A DNA stretch of 38,960 nt from Methanobacteriota archaeon (lineage in GTDB: Archaea; Thermoplasmatota; Poseidoniia; Poseidoniales; Poseidoniaceae): the NCBI GenBank assembly GCA_038130705.1, contig JAYPOA010000006.1, positions 1 through 38,960 of the forward strand, read 5' to 3'. The translations under genes were made by a program, and so were the position numbers. Shown here piece by piece: positions 29,152 to 37,317 of the stretch. The notes under the pieces are model-generated. The model saw nothing but the letters and a program-made list of their open reading frames with translations. It was not told the DNA's origin and ran no database searches. Numbering within the stretch: position 1 is the stretch's first letter; the number at the start of each line of letters is the position of its first letter.

Positions 29152-29257
29152 GTTAATTAACGCGAAAATTAACGCGTTAACAATGCGTTAGCGTAGCGTT
29201 AATAGGGCTTTTTTTTACCAGACCGTTGATTGATTAACATGTAATAACGCTTACATG
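29152..29257. repeat. Cluster of TAACGC/GCGTTA repeats and palindromes in a divergent intergenic region (putative protein-binding array)
   Basis: AATTAACGCG at 29155 and 29167; GCGTTA at 29174, 29185 and 29196; palindromes GTTAATTAAC (29152-29161) and TTAACGCGTTAA (29169-29180); inverted repeat CATGTAA-TAACGC-TTACATG (29238-29257). Confidence 0.75.
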
Positions 29258-29309
29258 CAGACAGGTTTTTCACCGAAACATCATATACTCGGAAAAATCA
29301 ACTAAATCC

Positions 29310-30893
29310 ATGAGTGATGAATATCCAATATTGGGCATTCCTGCCATAAGAGAGAATCCGTTTCAGTCTCGACCACTTGAAGCTCGAAATTCGGATCTAT
29401 TCGTTGGTAGGTCAAAGCTTTCTACTACCTGGGTTAGATTCCTTAAATCTCGGACTGCAAGATTGAATTTGTTGATTGGTGAGAGTGGAACTGGTAGGAC
29501 CTCTTTGATGAGGTGCATAGCTTCTGAGACTCAGAAATATCTACATCTTGATATGTATCCTACTGAAAATCACGTCGCTAGAATTTTGGATGAAATTTAT
29601 ACTAAGTTCGTTGACTTTGAAATTCCTTCAAATGGTCAAGAATTAGTAGATAGATTAGTCGCTGTTACAGAAGAATCGAATGAAGGTATGCCATTAATTA
29701 CCTTCGACTACCCTAATGCAGATGGCGAACAACTAGCGAATATTATTGCTAATCTATTACCTGCTCTCGAGAGATTGAAAGCAATGGTCGTCGTCATTCT
29801 ATCTGTAAATCAAAGAGCGCAATGGAAAGAAAACCTAATTGAAAAATTTGAGCATCTTGAGGTTATTGATCCATTTACAAAAGAGGAAGTAAGAGAAATT
29901 TGTGAGTTGAGAATAAATAAGGTCTCTAATGTTGCTTGGAATATAACCGATGAAGCACTAAATTTCGTCTTTGAGGCATCCGCTGGGAAAGCGAGCAAGG
30001 TCATTAGAACGATGCGAGATATAGTGGATTTTGAGAGAGATAACCCGAGGGAGATTAAATTCGAAGAAGAAAAGAAAATTGTAATCGAAACGGATATAGA
30101 ACAAAATTCCGATGTGGAGATAAATATCAAAAATAGCGATTTCGATTTAGATTTAGAGAAGCTACAAGAACAAACAAAAGACATAGAGAGGCCTATGGTA
30201 TCAGATTTACCACCAGTCCCTGCGATGTCATATGGAGGATTTGGAGGCCTTGTAAGCAGGAACAGAGTAAATATGCACGTCGATACAAGATTTGATGAGA
30301 ACACTGAACGAAATCCACTGGATATTCAATCGGATGAATCCGATTTTTGGCAGGCAGATGCAACTGACGCAGTCCTAATAACGGAAGAAGAAAATGATGA
30401 AATTACAGAAGAGTCCGATTTTGATGAAGAAATCCAAATCGATGAAGACATCTATGAGCCTATGCTTGAATCTTCTACAAATGGGGAACCAAACAGTAAT
30501 CTTGAGCAAGTAGTGTTAGATTTGTTTGGTAAAATACTCTCTAACCCTAACAATCAAGGAGTTGAAACCTTGTCACAATTGTTGATGAATTTGAATACTC
30601 CAGTTATTGGGAGAAAAGAAAGCAATCCCCTTAATATTCACATTTTACGAAATTTAGGTAGAAACGAAGCAGTTCTGGTAGAAGTATCGACTCAAAGAGA
30701 GTTTTCACCCTCTGACCCCCGTCTTCAGGACCAATTAGGAATTAAGAGGCCTAGAATGTCTCAAATATGCAACAAATTGTACAGGGCAGGAATCCTTTCT
30801 GTTCAACAAAAAGGCAAATCTAGGGTGTTTAAATTAACAAATGATGCTAGAGGGCAATTAATAGCATGGGGAATGATGGAGGCGGAAGCATGA
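29310..30893 (+). CDS. Degenerate AAA+/STAND-like P-loop protein with acidic linker and C-terminal winged helix-turn-helix
   Basis: ENPF...LFVGR N-terminal motif, P-loop GESGTGRTS, Walker-B-like LITFDY, lid PFTKEEV...ITDEAL...SAG, long D/E-rich linker, and wHTH LQDQLGIKRPRMSQICNKLYRAGIL...GKSRVFKLT. Confidence 0.8.
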   Translation: MSDEYPILGIPAIRENPFQSRPLEARNSDLFVGRSKLSTTWVRFLKSRTARLNLLIGESGTGRTSLMRCIASETQKYLHLDMYPTENHVARILDEIYTKFVDFEIPSNGQELVDRLVAVTEESNEGMPLITFDYPNADGEQLANIIANLLPALERLKAMVVVILSVNQRAQWKENLIEKFEHLEVIDPFTKEEVREICELRINKVSNVAWNITDEALNFVFEASAGKASKVIRTMRDIVDFERDNPREIKFEEEKKIVIETDIEQNSDVEINIKNSDFDLDLEKLQEQTKDIERPMVSDLPPVPAMSYGGFGGLVSRNRVNMHVDTRFDENTERNPLDIQSDESDFWQADATDAVLITEEENDEITEESDFDEEIQIDEDIYEPMLESSTNGEPNSNLEQVVLDLFGKILSNPNNQGVETLSQLLMNLNTPVIGRKESNPLNIHILRNLGRNEAVLVEVSTQREFSPSDPRLQDQLGIKRPRMSQICNKLYRAGILSVQQKGKSRVFKLTNDARGQLIAWGMMEAEA

Positions 30894-31918
30894 GTTGGTC
30901 AGTATTCAGGTCATGGCAGGCCCCAAATCAAATCTCAACCACTTGTGAAGTAGGTAATGATTTCTTAATATCAGCAGGGTTAGAGATAATTCTGCTTGAT
31001 GAAGAATGTAACATTAGATGGAAGAGGTCAATGCCGTTTAGAGTTCATGGTGCATCGCATGATTCAGGAAGAATAGGGATACTTTACGGACACGGCTTCC
31101 ATTTGCTACAAGTAAGTGATGGCTCACCAATAAATGAAGGTCGCTCCACTGAAGGTGGTTTTAGCGATATTCTACCCCGTCCTGGCGGGGGGTGGGTTCT
31201 TTCTTGTCGGAAAGGCAATTTGCATATTTTCAGCTCAGAAGGACGTGGAATCAAGCGATTATCAGCAGGTGGGGTTAGGAGACTAATTGGTTGGTTTGAT
31301 AGAGAACACTTAATGTGGCAGGATGAAAATGGAAAATTAAGGTGTGCAAGGTTAGCAAATGAAGATTCACAAAGACTGCTAGAAGATAGAGTATGGTCTT
31401 GGGTAAGCACCATGAAGGGAGGTAAGATTCTACTCCAATCGGCAGATGGCATGTTGTGGGAAGGAGTTCCTCACCCGTACGGTTGGGATAGTTTAGATAC
31501 AATTGATACACGTTCACTCGAACCATTGAGCGCACACAAAGCCGGAGATGGTTGGTGGATTTTGTCAATTGAAGGTTCTGTTCATTCAATGGCACAACAA
31601 GTTACAATAAGCCTTGGAAATAGTGACTTGGGAGATTTCTTAATTGGACTTGCTCCAGACACTATGGCTACTGTAAAAAGAGATGGTCTTGTTAGGATTT
31701 GGCAATCTCCTGAATTATCTAACCTAAGAAGAATTGAATTACAAAAAATGGTTGCTGAAGCAAAGGTTGCGAGTGATTGGGAGGAGAGAAGAAAGATATT
31801 CAAGCGAGCTTGCGCTGCAGAAGACGAAGGAAGAATATCACTTGCTATTGACCTATATCAATCGCTAGGAAGAACGTCAGATGTGAATCGATTAATCGCA
31901 CGTCTCAAAGGTGATTAA
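30890..31918 (+). CDS. Hypothetical protein, probable beta-propeller (WD40/PQQ-like) with C-terminal helical TPR-like segment
   Basis: Repeated short beta strands with Trp/Gly turns (GGWVLS..GNLHIF, DGMLWEG, DGLVRIWQ) and C-terminal AEDEGRISLAIDLYQSLG. The ATGA start overlaps the upstream stop. Confidence 0.65.
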   Translation: MSWSVFRSWQAPNQISTTCEVGNDFLISAGLEIILLDEECNIRWKRSMPFRVHGASHDSGRIGILYGHGFHLLQVSDGSPINEGRSTEGGFSDILPRPGGGWVLSCRKGNLHIFSSEGRGIKRLSAGGVRRLIGWFDREHLMWQDENGKLRCARLANEDSQRLLEDRVWSWVSTMKGGKILLQSADGMLWEGVPHPYGWDSLDTIDTRSLEPLSAHKAGDGWWILSIEGSVHSMAQQVTISLGNSDLGDFLIGLAPDTMATVKRDGLVRIWQSPELSNLRRIELQKMVAEAKVASDWEERRKIFKRACAAEDEGRISLAIDLYQSLGRTSDVNRLIARLKGD

Positions 31919-32216
31919 TTTGGAATTAAATAATACGATACTTAGAGAAAGGCTTGAACATTATCTAAATTTGACTAAGAAAGCAAGGGAGAAGGCTACT
32001 CCTATTCCCCTAAAGGGCACAAAGGATGATGAGATGCTACAAATTTTACTCCGAATGGCTGATGATTATGCTAGCGATGCCAAGCATTTCATGGAGATAG
32101 GCGACTACGTTAGATCGTTTGGAGCAATCAATTATGCTCATGCATGGATAGATGCTGGTGTCAAGTTGAGATTATTGGATGGCCATGAGGATGATGAATT
32201 ATTCACCCTGCCATAA
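31911..32216 (+). CDS. DUF357 family protein
   Basis: MADDYASDAKHF...GDYVRSFGAINYAHAWIDAG is characteristic of this archaeal family. Confidence 0.85.
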   Translation: MINLELNNTILRERLEHYLNLTKKAREKATPIPLKGTKDDEMLQILLRMADDYASDAKHFMEIGDYVRSFGAINYAHAWIDAGVKLRLLDGHEDDELFTLP

Positions 32217-32585
32217 TCATTCTACAAGTCGTAAATGTTTGTTACCAATCACTTCTAACCATGTTAAATTTGATTGTGAAATCCTTCTTTTTAATTCAGA
32301 ATCAACGGTTAAAATTGGCCAGTTATTCTCTATAGAATAATGTAATAGTTGGTCATCTGTATGATTTCCTAATCCTTCAGGCGTATCGATAATTGTAGAT
32401 TTAGCGATTAACATATCAAGCATCAAGTTTCCACCAATAGATTCAATCTCTTTTATCACATTTGGTAAAATTGCTAGATTTGTGACACCTACTGTTTCAA
32501 GTAGAGCTTTGTCGATATTGATGCCAGCATCAATAACTGCTTTCCAACCACAGGCATCAATCAGTACCATAATCATGAGACTCAC
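32217..32585 (-). CDS. PIN-domain protein (Fcf1/Utp24-like putative RNase)
   Basis: VLID, VIKEI, TDDQLL and ILTVDSELKRR acidic PIN motifs; usual archaeal position downstream of aIF2gamma. Confidence 0.85.
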   Translation of the reverse strand: MSLMIMVLIDACGWKAVIDAGINIDKALLETVGVTNLAILPNVIKEIESIGGNLMLDMLIAKSTIIDTPEGLGNHTDDQLLHYSIENNWPILTVDSELKRRISQSNLTWLEVIGNKHLRLVE

Positions 32586-33820
32586 TCAATAGTACCGTGG
32601 CCTATTAATCTCCATCTCGAGCCAACTCTTCTTGAAAGAGAAACTCTCTGACCTGAATCTGCACATATTGGTAATCTTAGAGTTAAGGTTGCTTTTCCTT
32701 TCCCAGAGTTTGAAACAACGCCTACGCTTGTAGCAGTTGCTACATTTACCATTAGCATCTCATTTGATCTCAGAGGCATTATTGGCGAAGCATCCTCTCC
32801 CTCGCCTGCGACCATGTTTTTCATTAGGTTGACATTTATGTCAATGACATCTCTTACTTCGGGAAGGTCACCTACTTTAGCAACTATTTGGCCAGTAAGA
32901 TTGTCTGCAGTTGTGATTGCAGGGTCTAATGGAGTAGCCATTCCACACAAACCCCCAGCATTCATGCTGTCCAAACTCAATCCTCCGCCTTGCATGCTTG
33001 ACACTTTAGAGATAATAGGTTGATAATGGACCTTATTTCCTTTCTTGATCTTTCTTCCAGGCCCAATCTCTATTTCATCACCTACATTGAATGTGCCTTC
33101 AACAATACTTCCTCCGATTACCCCTCCTCTGAGTTTAGCGGGACGAGTTCCAGGTTTGTTTATGTCAAAAGAGCGTGCTACATGCATTATTGACCTTTTA
33201 TCCTTGGATCTATCCGGAGTTGGAATTGTCGCTTCAATAGCTTGTATCAAGATGTCTAAGTTAACGTCATGGTGTGCTGAAACTGGAATAATTGGTGCAT
33301 TTTCTGCGATTGTACCACTAAGGAATTCTTTGATTTCAGCATGTGATTCAATTGCTCTCTCTCGACTTACGAGGTCTATTTTGTTTTGAACTACAACAAT
33401 ATTTTCAATTCCCGCTATTTCTAATGCCATTAGATGCTCTCTGGTTTGAGGTTGAGGGCATTGTTCGTTAGCAGCAACCATCAGCATTGCTCCGTCCATA
33501 ATGCTGGCGCCAGTGATCATTATTGCCATTAAAGTCTCGTGACCTGGGGCGTCCACAAAGGAAATAACTCTCTGGAGTTCAGTAACGTCATCATTACCGC
33601 CATCTGGCTTTCTACCAGTTGCGTAATATTCTCCCTTGTCGGTTTTGTAGAAGGCCGTGTCCGCATAACCAAGTTTAATCGAAATTCCTCGCTTCCTTTC
33701 CTCAGAATGCGTATCTGTCCAGATTCCGGATAGCGCCTGTGTAAGGGTGGTTTTACCATGGTCGACATGACCTACTAAGCCGATGTTTACTTCTGGTTGA
33801 GAGGGAAGCTTTCTTGCCAT
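32582..33820 (-). CDS. eif2g: Translation initiation factor 2 subunit gamma
   Basis: QPEVNIGLVGHVDHGKTT, RGISIKLGYA, DAPGHE, PQPQTREH, QNKID and RWRLIG. Confidence 0.97.
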   Translation of the reverse strand: MARKLPSQPEVNIGLVGHVDHGKTTLTQALSGIWTDTHSEERKRGISIKLGYADTAFYKTDKGEYYATGRKPDGGNDDVTELQRVISFVDAPGHETLMAIMITGASIMDGAMLMVAANEQCPQPQTREHLMALEIAGIENIVVVQNKIDLVSRERAIESHAEIKEFLSGTIAENAPIIPVSAHHDVNLDILIQAIEATIPTPDRSKDKRSIMHVARSFDINKPGTRPAKLRGGVIGGSIVEGTFNVGDEIEIGPGRKIKKGNKVHYQPIISKVSSMQGGGLSLDSMNAGGLCGMATPLDPAITTADNLTGQIVAKVGDLPEVRDVIDINVNLMKNMVAGEGEDASPIMPLRSNEMLMVNVATATSVGVVSNSGKGKATLTLRLPICADSGQRVSLSRRVGSRWRLIGHGTIE

Positions 33821-33860
33821 GCTTCCCATCTCCGTTTGTCCTCAATCAAGCCTCGCGGCT

Positions 33861-34349
33861 TCACTCACTGCTTTCCTCTGCACTTTCACTTGAGCCGAGG
33901 ATATCCTCGAGGCTCTTTGTTGCGGCTTCAACCACTTTCAGGTTGATTTGCCTTGTATCTTGAGTTACTGTGTTTCCACGGAAGTTTCTTCTCTTTCTCA
34001 TACCGTCTGGCTTGTATCGGAATCTCTTTTTCTCTCCACCCTTGGTTTTCTGAACAAGTGAATGTCCCTTGAATCCTGTTGAAGCGGTAACAAGAACGGA
34101 TTGCCTTGAACCGCCATCCAAATCGGATCTCATTGGAGTACCAGTCTTATCTGAACCTCCGGTAATTTGCAATTTGTAACCTGCAAGTGTTTGGTCACCT
34201 TCTCCTACGAAGATTCCATCCACGAGGTCTCCAATCTTCTTTCCTAAGAATTGGGACATGTTGTTTCCACTAACGGTCATGTTGTAAGAACGGCCTCCGT
34301 TAGCCGGGTTTGTGTCACTGACTACTGCGATAAAAGTAGATTCTGCCAT
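33861..34349 (-). CDS. rps6e: 30S ribosomal protein S6e
   Basis: GKKIGD, LQITGGSDKTGTPMRSD and RKRR..RGN..QIN. Confidence 0.95.
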   Translation of the reverse strand: MAESTFIAVVSDTNPANGGRSYNMTVSGNNMSQFLGKKIGDLVDGIFVGEGDQTLAGYKLQITGGSDKTGTPMRSDLDGGSRQSVLVTASTGFKGHSLVQKTKGGEKKRFRYKPDGMRKRRNFRGNTVTQDTRQINLKVVEAATKSLEDILGSSESAEESSE

Positions 34350-34421
34350 GCTGTCAACTCCTTAGAGCAATTCGCCGACATAGGACAGGTATATAGGCCC
34401 TTTGAGGGCTAAAATTCTAGA

Positions 34422-35606
34422 TTATCTCTTAATTTTACTTGGTATTAGCGTTTCTAACCGTCTTGCTACATCACTTGGAAGCATGTGTGGCATCGAAATG
34501 AATTGTGTTCTTCCTCTGCCGACTTCGGCGTTCGAAGTCTTTGTCGAGATGATGTTTTCTTGCGCCAATTTCTTAAGATGCTTCCAAAAAGTAGTATGTC
34601 CTTTTGGGTCCACCTCGTATTCTTCACAAGCTACGTGGTACAATTTTTCAGCCTCGCCAGTTGTCATAGAATCCTCTTTCCTCAGTCTTCTGCAGATTCC
34701 TATCAAAATTAGCATGTGATGAGCGCTTAGGTTATCGATATTTATTGAATCAACATTTCCAGGTAGCGAAACAACGGTTTTCTGAACATCTTTTGGCTCA
34801 ATTTGGGAACGTCCAGCCGCTTCTGCTCTTTTTGAGGCTCCTTCTAACAGTTCAATTGCGTGCCTCGCATCGCCAGAAGGCTCCGCCGCCTCTGAGATTA
34901 ATTCGAGAATCTCGTCAGAACACGTGCCGTTTACAAGCGCTAGATCTCTTCTTTGTTCAGCAATTTTGTACAGTCCAGACTTATCATAAGGCGGTATTCG
35001 TAAATGATTAGTCCTTCCAATTCTTGATATGACAGCATTCTCGAGAAGGTCGAGAACTTGTTCTTGACTGATCATTATCAACGATAGAGTTCCTGTATTA
35101 TCTCCATCTTCGTCAATCCTCATCAATTGATAGATTATTCCATCACCTGATTGCCTCAACAAGTGGTCAACCTCATCCAATGTGACAATTAGGTGAGAAT
35201 TACTTCCTCTAATTATTCGTTTTAGACTTGTCAACAACTCTCCAAGGCCCAATCCTCTATCGGGATGTCCGGGGTCCAACTTCTGTACTATAGTCTGCAT
35301 TACTCGAGAAGAAGTTGCAGCGTTCCTGCAATTTACATATACGGATTTGATATTTCTTTTATCAGATAAGTGCTTGATAATATCTTGACAGAACAACTTC
35401 GTAACAGCAGTTTTTCCAGAACCAACCGGCCCCGTTATGACGGCTCGACTGGTTCCATTTGGGTGCGCAATATTGCTAAATATAGACGCTAATTGAACTT
35501 GATAATCTTCTCTTCCTACGAGTTCATTGGGCAGAAAATCAAACCCGAAAACATCGGGGCGATTGATAATCAGCCCAGCTCCGATACGGTCGAGGTAGGT
35601 GCTCAT
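34422..35606 (-). CDS. cdc6: Orc1/Cdc6 replication initiator
   Basis: LVGRE, Walker A GPVGSGKT, YVNC, Walker B VTLDEVD, sensor-2 GDARHAI, and C-terminal winged helix ending GRGRT. Confidence 0.93.
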   Translation of the reverse strand: MSTYLDRIGAGLIINRPDVFGFDFLPNELVGREDYQVQLASIFSNIAHPNGTSRAVITGPVGSGKTAVTKLFCQDIIKHLSDKRNIKSVYVNCRNAATSSRVMQTIVQKLDPGHPDRGLGLGELLTSLKRIIRGSNSHLIVTLDEVDHLLRQSGDGIIYQLMRIDEDGDNTGTLSLIMISQEQVLDLLENAVISRIGRTNHLRIPPYDKSGLYKIAEQRRDLALVNGTCSDEILELISEAAEPSGDARHAIELLEGASKRAEAAGRSQIEPKDVQKTVVSLPGNVDSINIDNLSAHHMLILIGICRRLRKEDSMTTGEAEKLYHVACEEYEVDPKGHTTFWKHLKKLAQENIISTKTSNAEVGRGRTQFISMPHMLPSDVARRLETLIPSKIKR

Positions 35607-35660
35607 GACTACTGATGGTTATCGTCTATGGTTATTGAACTTTCAATAAAAAAACCTCAA

Positions 35661-36803
35661 TCAAGGTATTTCATCGAACTGATATCCGGTTTCCCACTTC
35701 TTTTCACCAAGAGCAACTTCTAATTCAAACGGGGTAACCAACGGCTTTGCGTATTTTACAGCATCATCGATTGCGATTCTTGGACAAGCAGTATTAACAA
35801 AAGCATCGACTGGATAGAAATCGATTAATTCTGGACCCACGTGTTCGAGAGCGAGCAAGTATCCTTTTTTGCCATGTTTTTCTAAGGTCCTCTTCAGTTT
35901 TAGTGCCAAACTTCTCCGCATTTGTCCCGGCTTTTCTCCAATAAGAATGGCAAAATTTTGTGCATCTTGAATAGACATAATCAAACCAAATCTCTGCCTA
36001 AGTATTCGTTCAATTCTTTCAAAACTCATTTCGGTAGCGTCTCCCGTATATGGGTCGAGCATTGCAAGAGGTTTTCCTGTGTGTAGTACAAGTCCGATAG
36101 GGTGGAAATCACCACTCCCTAGGAAAAGATAGTGGCCGATTTCGTCGTCATCTCCTGAATAGTTGCAACCAAGCACCTGGCCTGGGAAAGTCAATCTAGC
36201 GCCACCAACGGGCACTTCCACCTCATAACCGGCGTCTTCGAATTTCTTTTTATAATCGAAAATTAGGTGTAAATGTTGTATTGAAGCAACCAAACCAAGT
36301 TTTGAACCTTTCAAAGGAGCTACGCGTCCAACAGCATCAAGAAATTTCTCTTGAGCCTCTTCTTCGCTCAAATCTGAGTCGTTTGACTGCATTAGACGAT
36401 GCTCAGCAATCGCCTTGTGTTGTGCTAAAATCGGTAATACAGGGTCAATGGCAGGGTCTCCATCGTAAGTTACTTCGATGAATTGAGTAGGCATTCCTGA
36501 ATCGATGTTCATTTGAGAATGCCCCATGTGTGCTACCAACTCAACCCCCATTAGTTTCATTTTGTCATGAACTAAATCACATGCTCCGTAACACGGATCT
36601 GCAGCTAAGATGACCTTCGCAGAGGTTTCATCCTCTATTTTATCCATCATCTCTAACGCTTGCATCTTCAGCCCTTCAGGAATTTGAAGAGCAACAAGTC
36701 GATTGTCGTGTGCCTTGATTCTTTCAACCAATTCATCTAATTGGAAATCGTGTCTATCAAGGTCCATTTTCAACACACTCAAGGCATTTTGTGATAATGC
36801 CAA
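35661..36803 (-). CDS. dph2: Diphthamide biosynthesis radical-SAM-like enzyme Dph2
   Basis: LQIPEGL, PCYGACD, GQVLGC, GDFHP and TACPRIAIDD; the three Fe-S cysteines are present. Confidence 0.95.
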   Translation of the reverse strand: MALSQNALSVLKMDLDRHDFQLDELVERIKAHDNRLVALQIPEGLKMQALEMMDKIEDETSAKVILAADPCYGACDLVHDKMKLMGVELVAHMGHSQMNIDSGMPTQFIEVTYDGDPAIDPVLPILAQHKAIAEHRLMQSNDSDLSEEEAQEKFLDAVGRVAPLKGSKLGLVASIQHLHLIFDYKKKFEDAGYEVEVPVGGARLTFPGQVLGCNYSGDDDEIGHYLFLGSGDFHPIGLVLHTGKPLAMLDPYTGDATEMSFERIERILRQRFGLIMSIQDAQNFAILIGEKPGQMRRSLALKLKRTLEKHGKKGYLLALEHVGPELIDFYPVDAFVNTACPRIAIDDAVKYAKPLVTPFELEVALGEKKWETGYQFDEIP

Positions 36804-37205
36804 TCAGTTTTCAGCGAGGTACTCAACATATTCGTCAGCATCCAACAACATTTCCATATCGTGGTCATGCGGGTCCAATATGATAATCCAACCAGAGTCG
36901 TATGCTGAGTCGTTTATCAGTTCAGGATTAATTTCTACTTCTCCATTAACTTCGGCAATTTCTCCTGCAAAAGGACTTGGGAAGGTTAATTTTTCTTCAG
37001 CAGTCCAAATTGAGAACAAGCTTTGCTCTTCATCTACTTCAGTTTCAGCGTGTGGTAGGATAACTCTCAGAACTTCTCCAATATCGGAAGCAAGAAAATC
37101 TGATATTCCTATCACGAGTCTTTCATCCTTCTCTTGATACCACAAATGGTCTCGAGAATATTTTCTATCGTGTGCAACTCCAAATTCCATGATGTCGTCT
37201 TCCAT
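36804..37205 (-). CDS. Glycine cleavage H-protein-like protein lacking the canonical lipoyl-lysine
   Basis: YSRDHLW, IGISDF and SPFAGEIAEVN...PELINDSAYDSGWI give the GcvH fold. The ESVK motif appears as WTAE. ATG 37205 follows a GAGG ribosome-binding site. Confidence 0.85.
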   Translation of the reverse strand: MEDDIMEFGVAHDRKYSRDHLWYQEKDERLVIGISDFLASDIGEVLRVILPHAETEVDEEQSLFSIWTAEEKLTFPSPFAGEIAEVNGEVEINPELINDSAYDSGWIIILDPHDHDMEMLLDADEYVEYLAEN

Positions 37206-37317
37206 TGTCAACAACCTCGTGGCGCCGTAAAACAAGTAATATTTAACACGGTGCCCTAAATCAGGGTTTAGACGGTATAGGGCATTCCTCAAATGCTATT
37301 GCTTTCTGGGTGATTTT

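Noticed and set aside
29103-29309. CRISPR array or structured ncRNA
   Set aside because: The repeats are only 6-12 bp with no unique spacers, there are no cas genes, and there is no convincing long stem-loop or tRNA fold.
34350-35660. Canonical oriC with ORB boxes beside cdc6
   Set aside because: The flanking intergenic gaps are only about 70 and 55 bp, and I see no TCCA-x-TGGAAA/G-string ORB-like repeats or extended AT-rich unwinding element.
37206-37292. Longer N-terminus for the GcvH-like ORF
   Set aside because: The region contains TATA-like promoter sequence for the divergent genes, and a GAGG ribosome-binding site precedes ATG 37205.
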